Positions 56,662 through 64,000 of a stretch of 64,000 nt of DNA are shown here, piece after piece. This DNA comes from a virus. Lineage: Duplodnaviria; Caudoviricetes. A program made the translations under genes and the position numbers. Below the pieces are notes generated by a model. It had not been told where the DNA came from, did not search any database, and saw only the letters and a program-made list of their open reading frames with translations. The DNA is taken from IMG/VR virus record IMGVR_UViG_3300024229_000651; one strand, written 5' to 3'. Each line of letters opens with the position of its first letter. Positions within the stretch are counted from its first letter, which is position 1.

Positions 56662-57078
56662 TTAATCCTTATCAAACTCTAGAACTAACTTATTTTGTAA
56701 ACGCCGTGCTTCTTTCTCCCACGGCTGATCCCAATATGCAATATGGTCTACATACCTGTTGCTTTTCCATCTGGACATGCAGGGGTCTAGTTCGCTATTA
56801 GCAAATTGCTTTACATGAACCATTTCATGTGCAAGAGTGCTCAGCCAATTACCAAATAGTGCTACATCGATAACAAAGTTTCGATTATCGACTGCTTCGC
56901 AGAGACCCATACTGTTTTCTTTATCAACAAAAAGATTGTTATGAATTTTAATATGCAGATTTGTATGCAGGCGACTAATACCTAATTGCTTTGCAAAACT
57001 TTTGACAGCTAACGTTGCATATGCTTGTAAGCCAATATCCAACTCAGCACCACGTGGACCAGTAACAGAAATATTCAA
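56662..57078 (-). CDS. small HExxH metallopeptidase-like protein
   Basis: LAHEMVHVKQ...WEKEA; TTGACA-17-TATAAT at 57108-57136. Confidence 0.75.
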   Translation of the reverse strand: MNISVTGPRGAELDIGLQAYATLAVKSFAKQLGISRLHTNLHIKIHNNLFVDKENSMGLCEAVDNRNFVIDVALFGNWLSTLAHEMVHVKQFANSELDPCMSRWKSNRYVDHIAYWDQPWEKEARRLQNKLVLEFDKD

Positions 57079-57238
57079 ACGTATTCTCCTACGTAAACAA
57101 TGTGGATATTATAGTTGAAATGACCAGTCATGTCAACCGAAATAATTGTAGTGGACAAAGGTACACTTAGGGAATTTACAAGGATACATCCTAACCCAAT
57201 TTACGAAATACCAGCCGCTTTGCCCAACTACAATACGT

Positions 57239-57266
57239 ATTATAATGATATTTGGGCTAAAGTCAA
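57239..57266 (-). promoter_or_regulatory. sigma70-type promoter
   Basis: TTGACT-16-TATAAT. Confidence 0.7.
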
Positions 57267-57328
57267 CCTTTTTTTTGTGTTTGCTAAGTGCTTGTTTTTG
57301 TTACGGTTTTTGTACGGAAGTTAAGAGA

Positions 57329-57703
57329 TCAAACGAGTTTGTGCCACGGATCTCCAGGTTCTAGCCCGCTTACGTACAAAAAAGTGTACCCTATGCGTTC
57401 TAGTTGTTGTTTGGTTTTTACTGAAGTTTGCCTGTTATCGAGTATATAATTACCTGATGCACAAACTAAGTGCATCTCACCAGTTTCGCATTTACATACC
57501 ACTAATCTACTATCAAGCTCTTCCTTACGAATTTTAGTCCTACATGCAATAGCAAACCCATCGCAGTCATCCTTAATGTCTGACATATCATCGGGAAATT
57601 GCCAATGCTCATTCATACCATGCATTTCAGTGTCAGTTTTATATGTGAACGCTTTGCTAATATCAGTATGGATCTGGTCGACTATTTCTTTTATATCTTT
57701 CAT
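57329..57703 (-). CDS. bacterial transglutaminase-like cysteine proteinase (BTLCP)
   Basis: DDCDGFA...HLV...ILDN triad pattern. Confidence 0.8.
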   Translation of the reverse strand: MKDIKEIVDQIHTDISKAFTYKTDTEMHGMNEHWQFPDDMSDIKDDCDGFAIACRTKIRKEELDSRLVVCKCETGEMHLVCASGNYILDNRQTSVKTKQQLERIGYTFLYVSGLEPGDPWHKLV

Positions 57704-57906
57704 TAGCAGTCTGCCTCCTCATTACGCTCCTTCCAATCCTCACATCCTTTTATTGTTACTTCTTCACCGAGGTTACCCCAAGTGTCTGCATCATTCTGAT
57801 AATTGCCCGGAGCAACATATTGCTCGTTACCTTGCTCTACGACTTGATCTGTATCGCTACATGCTATTAGTAGTGACATACCTACCACGATTAGTATATT
57901 CTTCAT
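57703..57906 (-). CDS. small lipoprotein
   Basis: MKNILIVVGMSLLIAC lipobox. Confidence 0.65.
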   Translation of the reverse strand: MKNILIVVGMSLLIACSDTDQVVEQGNEQYVAPGNYQNDADTWGNLGEEVTIKGCEDWKERNEEADC

Positions 57907-57949
57907 ATGAATTCTCCTTTTGCAACATGTATTTGTATTTATTACAGCC

Positions 57950-57975
57950 AAAAAAATAGGGCCCGTAGGCCCTAT
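57950..57975 (-). terminator. intrinsic terminator
   Basis: ATAGGGCC-TACG-GGCCCTAT followed by a T-run. Confidence 0.88.
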
Positions 57976-57996
57976 CTTCTATTTTTCTAACTTCTA

Positions 57997-60900
57997 TTAA
58001 TTAGAGAAGTTGTACTCAACTGTTACTGTTACAGCGCCTGAAGTAGGAGCACTGCTAGAATCGCTAGTGTCCTTAAAGGATGCTGTTACAGTTGCACCAG
58101 ATGCAATTGCTTCTGCACCGAGGTCAACTACATAAGTGCCTGCACTTGTTGGATCAGTTAATGCATTGCTTACTAATGTGTTTGTACCATCAGATATAAC
58201 AATTGCGTCAACGTCAGCACCAGCAAATGGAGTTGAAACTTTAACAATGACTCTTGAGCCAATGTAAGTTCTACCCGCTGTGCTTGGCATTGTACCTACT
58301 GTGAAGCTGCTTGCAGAACTGTCTGCTGTGAAAGCTGCTCTAAGTATAGTATCGTCAACTTGACTTACTTGTGCGTCAACGTATGCTTTAACAGATTGCT
58401 GTGTTGGAACATGAGTAGCACTGTCTGACGCTAGGTCGTCTTCATCTTTGAAGCCAGCCAATGTCAATGTACCATCGCTTAATGAACCAAACTGTACAGT
58501 ACCAGAAGCAGTTACAGTTGCACCGTTTAGGTCACCAGTTACATCACCAGTTAAATCACCAGTTACGTTACCTGTTACGTTACCTGTTACGTTACCAACT
58601 ACTGCACCAGTATGTGTACCAGCACTGTCACCAGTTAAATCACCAGTTACATCGCCTGTTACATTACCAGTTACGTTACCAGTTAAATCACCAGTTACGT
58701 TACCAGTTACGTTACCTGTTACATCACCAGTTAAATCACCAGTTACGTCACCTGTTACGTTACCTGTTACACTACCAGTAAAGCTATCTGCTTTAACGCC
58801 TTCAGAACCAAAGTCCCACTCACTACCAACTGTTGTATAAAGGATCTGCTTGACACCGCTAGCTGTATTAGCTTCAAAACCTGCGTCAGTTGCAGCACCA
58901 TTTGCGTTAGTGCGGAAAATTGAATCGTTAGTCTGAACTGTTGTTGAGTTAACGATTGTCTGAGTACCTTGTACTGTTAAGTTACCAGTAATAGTAGCGT
59001 CACCGTCGATGCTGATCTGTGAAGATGTAATATCGTCGGATGTGAACGTACCAGTTACACTCAAGTTTGCAATGCTTGCACCGTCAACAATGCCGATTTC
59101 AACTTTGTTGTCAGTTACAGTTGTTTCCAACTGATTTGCAGTACCAGTAAACTCTAAAGTTTGACCGCCTGCTACAGCATCGTTTGTGCCGTTGTCGCCA
59201 GCAATATCGAAACCAGTTGCGATTGTTGCTGTTGAAGTCGAAGTAACACGACCTTGTGCGTCAATTGTTAAGATTGGCACAGCAGTTGTACTACCAACAG
59301 TACCAGCAGTTACGCCAGTAGCTGGCATGCTGATCTGTCCGCCTGTCTTGCTCAAAGTAGAATCTACAGTGATCAAGCCTTGTACTTCTGCGTCAGTTCT
59401 TTCTGTGAAGCTTATTACGCCAGTTGCACTATCGTAACTTAGATCACCACTTGCTGATACTAAACCACGTACTTCTGCGTCTGTGCGCTCTGTGAAGCTC
59501 ATAACACCTGTAGCACTATCGTAACTTAAATCACCACCTGCGCTAACAGCACCACGTGCTCTTGCAGTTGTGTGGTATAAGTTAGTGCCTTCTGATAAAT
59601 CAGTTGTGCTATGGTTGCTGATGTCGCTAACTGTACCTGTTACAGAACCTGTGAACACTGCATCAGTGCCATCAGTACCGTTGTCAAGTACTTTAGTACC
59701 GTTTGTTGCAAATACATCACCTGTCAAAGATGTTGCTTCTGCACCAGTAACTTCAACTGCTAGTGTAACATCGCCTGAACCGTCAATGCTTACATTACCA
59801 GCGGCATCGCCAGATAGTGTAATAGTTCTTGCAGTTGCCCATGCACTTGCTGTGTCAGCGTTACCTGTTACATCACCAGTTACATCACCTGTTACGTTAC
59901 CTGTTACGTTACCAGTTAAATCACCAGTTACATCACCAGTTACATCACCAGTTACATCACCAGTTAAATCACCTGTATACGATTGACCAGCTGCAATTGA
60001 AACGCTGTTAAACGTTACGTCAGCAGTTGTGCCAACATCTTGACCAATTGCAATAGCGCCTGCACCACTTACAGATACACCAGTACCGCCACTAATGTGT
60101 GCTAGTACTTCTGCTTGACTTGGGCCAGTGTATGTTAATACGCCAGTGCCACTATCGTATGCTAATGAACCGTCGCCGCCTGCATCTGTTACACTGATTG
60201 CACTACGTGCTCTAGCATCAGTGAAGTATAAGTTGCTTGAACCTTCTGACAATGCATCCGTATCATGGTTTGCAATGCTAGAAACTTGACCAGTTACATC
60301 ACCAGTGATGTCACCAGTAAAGCTGTCTGCTTTAACGCCTTCAGAACCGAAGTCCCATTCGCCGCCAACAGATGTATAAAGAATCTGCTTAACGCCGCTT
60401 GCAGTGTTAGCTTCGAAACCAGCGTCAGTGTCTGAACCGTTGCTGTTTGTTCTAAAGATAGCGTCTGCTGTTTCTACAGTTGTCGAATTAACTGTTGTTT
60501 GTGTACCTTGTACTGTTAAGTTACCAGTAATAGTTGCATCACCATCAATACTAATTTGACTAGATGTAATGTCATCACTTGTAAATGTGCCAGTTACGCT
60601 CAAGTTTGCAATGCTTGCACCATCAACGATACCAATTTCAACTTTGTTGTCAGAAATTGTTGTTTCGATTTGGTTAGCTGTGCCTTCGAATGTAATAGTC
60701 TCGCCACCAGCTACTGAGTCAGCTGAACCATTGTCGCCTGCTAAACCGAAGCCAGTTGCAATAGTTGCTGTTGTAGCTGCTGTGATACGACCTTTTGCGT
60801 CTACTGTTAAAACAGGAACCGCTGTTGAGCCACCAACTACGCCAGCTGTTACACCACTGTTTGCTAATGTTAGGTCTAGTGTTAAGTTACCTGAACCATC

Positions 60901-61503
60901 GAAAAACTCATCAGGTGCAGTTGCATCGCCGATGATGTTGAAGGTACGTTGTGTAGCAAGTTTGGTTGCTGTATCTGCATTACCAGTTACATCACCAGTT
61001 ACATCACCAGTTACGTCACCAGTTAAGTTACCAGTGAAGCCTGATGAAGCTGCTAACGTTGTGAATGAGCCAGCTGCTGCTGTTGATCCACCAATTACGA
61101 CATTGTCTAACGTGCCGCCTGTTAATGCAATAGCATTAGCATTTTGTGTTGCTACTGAGCCTAAGCCCAATGTTGTTCTACCTGCTGCAGCATCAGCTGA
61201 ACCCAATAAGGATATGCCTGTTGCAGTTATATCAGTGGTACCAAATGTATCAGCGCCAGTTGTGTAAAGGATCTTGTCAGCCGCTACAGTAGACAAACCA
61301 GTACCACCATAGGTGACACCAATTGTTGAACCTTGCCAAGTACCAGCTTCTACAGTTGCAAACTGTACGTTCTCTAATGAAGAGCCGCTGTCCTTGAATT
61401 CAAATCTACCGTTAGCAGAATCGTATACTACGAAGCCGCCGCCTTTACCCATTTGTACGTCTGAGGCAATACCTTTGATTCCAAAGTTTTTAATATTAGC
61501 CAT
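57997..61503 (-). CDS. long tail-fibre-like virion protein
   Basis: 1168 aa, G/T/A/S-rich; (V/L)TG(D/N) repeats, LSEGxNLY repeats, internal duplication; GATAAATA at 61580. Confidence 0.8.
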   Translation of the reverse strand: MANIKNFGIKGIASDVQMGKGGGFVVYDSANGRFEFKDSGSSLENVQFATVEAGTWQGSTIGVTYGGTGLSTVAADKILYTTGADTFGTTDITATGISLLGSADAAAGRTTLGLGSVATQNANAIALTGGTLDNVVIGGSTAAAGSFTTLAASSGFTGNLTGDVTGDVTGDVTGNADTATKLATQRTFNIIGDATAPDEFFDGSGNLTLDLTLANSGVTAGVVGGSTAVPVLTVDAKGRITAATTATIATGFGLAGDNGSADSVAGGETITFEGTANQIETTISDNKVEIGIVDGASIANLSVTGTFTSDDITSSQISIDGDATITGNLTVQGTQTTVNSTTVETADAIFRTNSNGSDTDAGFEANTASGVKQILYTSVGGEWDFGSEGVKADSFTGDITGDVTGQVSSIANHDTDALSEGSSNLYFTDARARSAISVTDAGGDGSLAYDSGTGVLTYTGPSQAEVLAHISGGTGVSVSGAGAIAIGQDVGTTADVTFNSVSIAAGQSYTGDLTGDVTGDVTGDVTGDLTGNVTGNVTGDVTGDVTGNADTASAWATARTITLSGDAAGNVSIDGSGDVTLAVEVTGAEATSLTGDVFATNGTKVLDNGTDGTDAVFTGSVTGTVSDISNHSTTDLSEGTNLYHTTARARGAVSAGGDLSYDSATGVMSFTERTDAEVRGLVSASGDLSYDSATGVISFTERTDAEVQGLITVDSTLSKTGGQISMPATGVTAGTVGSTTAVPILTIDAQGRVTSTSTATIATGFDIAGDNGTNDAVAGGQTLEFTGTANQLETTVTDNKVEIGIVDGASIANLSVTGTFTSDDITSSQISIDGDATITGNLTVQGTQTIVNSTTVQTNDSIFRTNANGAATDAGFEANTASGVKQILYTTVGSEWDFGSEGVKADSFTGSVTGNVTGDVTGDLTGDVTGNVTGNVTGDLTGNVTGNVTGDVTGDLTGDSAGTHTGAVVGNVTGNVTGNVTGDLTGDVTGDLNGATVTASGTVQFGSLSDGTLTLAGFKDEDDLASDSATHVPTQQSVKAYVDAQVSQVDDTILRAAFTADSSASSFTVGTMPSTAGRTYIGSRVIVKVSTPFAGADVDAIVISDGTNTLVSNALTDPTSAGTYVVDLGAEAIASGATVTASFKDTSDSSSAPTSGAVTVTVEYNFSN
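58530..58780 (-). repeat. 12-bp tandem coding repeats (VTGD/LTGD/VTGN); further arrays at ~59865-59975 and ~60985-61035
   Basis: recurring ACCAGTTACATC / ACCTGTTACGTT units. Confidence 0.9.
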
Positions 61504-61609
61504 TTATATTACTCCTAGGATTGTTAATTAAATTCCTTTCTTATAAGAATACATGCAGAACAATTTAGTCTGCACTCTTTATTTATCAGTTTTTCTGGTT
61601 AGTGTGTGG

Positions 61610-63634
61610 TTAGACGTAAGTTACTGACACAGTAAATTCGCCCTGTAATGCGTTTCTATGTGTGATTCGTGCTTTGATTTGTAAATCTGTTGTTTGTGTT
61701 TCTGGGTATAGATAATTGGGAGATGCACTGTATGTTGCTGCTTCTTCCAAATCTGATTCTTCACCGGTCATAAATTGATCTATGTCATTTGTTACGCCGA
61801 CTTCTACTATGGGAGGGTTGCCATTATAACTTCCCATGGGAGTTACAACTTCTACAACAATTTCTACTATTCGACAACCAGGTGAAATGTTGCCTAAGTT
61901 AATAGTTTCTATTCCGTTCAATCCTCCACCTGGTGTTGTGTACGTTGTTGTTAATGTTTGCGCATCTGTTGCAGCACTGTCTTGGTTACCTACTTCGACC
62001 CAGCCGCCGCCATCATATATAAACAAACCCCACTCACCGCCGCCTGCATCTGTTACATATGCCATGTCGCCGCCTTGTGAACTGAGATTGTCTCTTGCTG
62101 TTACTGAATTAACAACAACAATACCACCTGTTTTAACACCGTGCTCAATATAAAGTGCTAGTGGAAATTGTCCGTTGTGTACGCTATAAATCTCTAAGTC
62201 TGTGGTAGGAGTCCCAACTCTGTTTCTTAAATCTATCGGTCCTCCATCTGACCTAGTTAACTTCATTAATTCTAATGTTGATGACCCGGTACTTGTTGCT
62301 AATCCGGTTACACTACCCGAACCTGCAAATGGTGTTCCGTTTGTGTCGTTGTTAATATTGAATATGGTTACTGCATTACCTTCTGATTCTGTTAATTCTA
62401 TTTCACCTGATCCTAATACAATAGCAGATAAATTTGTTATTCCAGCACTGTTAATTGAAGTTACGATGTCATTTGCATCAGCAATACCTGCGCCATAAGC
62501 AACAGAACCAGATGCATCACTGTTAAAATTAATTGTTGTATTTCCGCTACCACTGTCTATAGCAGCAGAGAACGGTATAAAACCGCCCGCTAGACCGTAC
62601 AGATAGTCGCCAGTTGAACTTGTTACTTTTGCTACATCTAACACTACTGATGCAACAACATTTGTGTTTGCAGCAGTTATATCGCTTACGACAGTAGATA
62701 TGTTGCCGCCTGTAAGTGTTACATTTGTATCATTAACTTCTAGTACACTATTAACATTAGCCAATGCACTTGAGTTTCCGCTTATTAATGTTGTTGGTAT
62801 ACTGTCTTTAATTTTTAGAAACAGTACTTTGTTTGTGGTATACGATGTAGTTAAGTCACCATCTGTATCAGCGTAAATATAATCACCAGCAACACCTGGT
62901 ATCGCTGGATTAAAATCAATAATTCTATTCTGAGGCATAAGCATAAATTGATCCGGGCCTGGGCCAGTCACACTTACTACACCAATAGTTCGTGCCACTG
63001 TTGAAGCATTTGCTTTGTCAAACTCCCCAGTTTCTGTACACACAATAACATCTCCACGAGCAAATCCGTGGCTTGTTTTTTGTAATCTAAAGTTCTCTGC
63101 CGGGTTAAAATATTCAAATCTACTTGTGATATTAGGGAAGAAGTCTGTGCTTACGACACTTGCTGGCAAAGGATCAAGCAATGGCTTACCAGTTTCATTT
63201 ACTGTAAACACAATTGCAGTTCCTGGAACGGAAAATAAAGGAGAACCTGTAGCACTTCTAAATGTATTATATCTTAACACATCTTCCACTACACAAGTTA
63301 CTTCCGTTTCCGTTTTAGCAGTAACACTAATTATCTGCATGCACTTACCGTCTTGAGAACCTGCTATCCAATCACCTACTGCAATGTCTAAGCCGTTGTA
63401 TTTACGTGGATCTCTAGTCTTGTGTGAGCCATGCGTATAAGTGGATACAGTAAAAGTAATACTGTATTGATAAAACTTTGGACTCGAGGAGCCAGACCAC
63501 CATGGATCATTTTCTCCGTCGTCAAATGGCCAAGTTCTTTCACCTGTTGAGCTAGTTACTGTGCACTGTAAAACCTTTGCTGGTTTATAAATGTCAAGTA
63601 CCGGGGAGGCACTTTTGTTTATAGTATTGCTCAT
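61610..63634 (-). CDS. virion structural (tail/baseplate-associated) protein
   Basis: 674 aa, beta-rich, between structural genes. Confidence 0.6.
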   Translation of the reverse strand: MSNTINKSASPVLDIYKPAKVLQCTVTSSTGERTWPFDDGENDPWWSGSSSPKFYQYSITFTVSTYTHGSHKTRDPRKYNGLDIAVGDWIAGSQDGKCMQIISVTAKTETEVTCVVEDVLRYNTFRSATGSPLFSVPGTAIVFTVNETGKPLLDPLPASVVSTDFFPNITSRFEYFNPAENFRLQKTSHGFARGDVIVCTETGEFDKANASTVARTIGVVSVTGPGPDQFMLMPQNRIIDFNPAIPGVAGDYIYADTDGDLTTSYTTNKVLFLKIKDSIPTTLISGNSSALANVNSVLEVNDTNVTLTGGNISTVVSDITAANTNVVASVVLDVAKVTSSTGDYLYGLAGGFIPFSAAIDSGSGNTTINFNSDASGSVAYGAGIADANDIVTSINSAGITNLSAIVLGSGEIELTESEGNAVTIFNINNDTNGTPFAGSGSVTGLATSTGSSTLELMKLTRSDGGPIDLRNRVGTPTTDLEIYSVHNGQFPLALYIEHGVKTGGIVVVNSVTARDNLSSQGGDMAYVTDAGGGEWGLFIYDGGGWVEVGNQDSAATDAQTLTTTYTTPGGGLNGIETINLGNISPGCRIVEIVVEVVTPMGSYNGNPPIVEVGVTNDIDQFMTGEESDLEEAATYSASPNYLYPETQTTDLQIKARITHRNALQGEFTVSVTYV

Positions 63635-63637
63635 GTA

Positions 63638-64000
63638 TTATGATCCCATCGTAAAGTAAATCCAAGCATGCGACACTTGTCCAAATGTACTACTAGCGCC
63701 AGTTTCACCTCTAGTTAAGCTCATAGTGATCCCTGCAGAAGCAAGTGCACCGTGTGGGTTACTACCTGCGTCTAGCTTTAGTGTTGTACTAACGTCTACC
63801 AAACTTGGTTGTTTAATGTTGTATTCTGCAGTAGCCTGAGACAAACCGTATGACATCATGCCAATTGGTGGGAAGCTATAGTTTCCGCCAAAGTCTACCT
63901 CAATCTCACAACTGTTTGAAGAGGCATTATTTACTGATACATTGCCTAATCCTGAACTCATATCTGATATGCCGTTTGTTCCTTGTGAAGTATCAATGCC
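63638..64000 (-). CDS. C-terminal part of a structural protein truncated by the window edge
   Basis: the frame stays open from 63961 to 64000 (GIDTSQGTNGISD). Confidence 0.6.
   Translation of the reverse strand, partial: GIDTSQGTNGISDMSSGLGNVSVNNASSNSCEIEVDFGGNYSFPPIGMMSYGLSQATAEYNIKQPSLVDVSTTLKLDAGSNPHGALASAGITMSLTRGETGASSTFGQVSHAWIYFTMGS

Noticed and set aside
58530-61035. 12-bp tandem repeats as a CRISPR array
   Set aside because: The repeats are in-frame codons with no unique spacers, and there are no cas genes.

Overview
64 kb of a large lytic dsDNA tailed-phage genome (T4-like/jumbo-myovirus-type gene content; an aquatic proteobacterial host is inferred, not proven). It is densely coding and almost entirely on the minus strand. 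Contents: replication and repair genes (B-family DNA polymerase, probable sliding clamp, T4-type RNase H, ATP-dependent ligase, HNH nuclease, glutaredoxin); a 7-deazaguanine DNA-modification region (queE, folE, a QueD/DpdL-like T-fold protein, a TGT-fold dpdA) interleaved with a PRTase, GalE-like epimerase, glycosyltransferases and two sugar-type oxidoreductases; host-like accessory genes (cytochrome c, psiE, Hc1-like, amidinotransferase, 2OG-Fe oxygenases, lipoprotein metalloprotease); a MoxR-like AAA+/vWA-peptidase pair; a DNA methyltransferase; six intact tRNAs plus a tRNA 3' fragment; and several long virion proteins. Non-coding structure includes repeated sigma70-type early promoter cassettes, an upstream TAAGTGCTTG motif, T4-like late promoters and intrinsic terminators. 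The best candidate for an undescribed system is a sugar-decorated 7-deazaguanine DNA hypermodification pathway (19.8-31.9 kb). All calls come from motif recognition by eye; no database searches were run.
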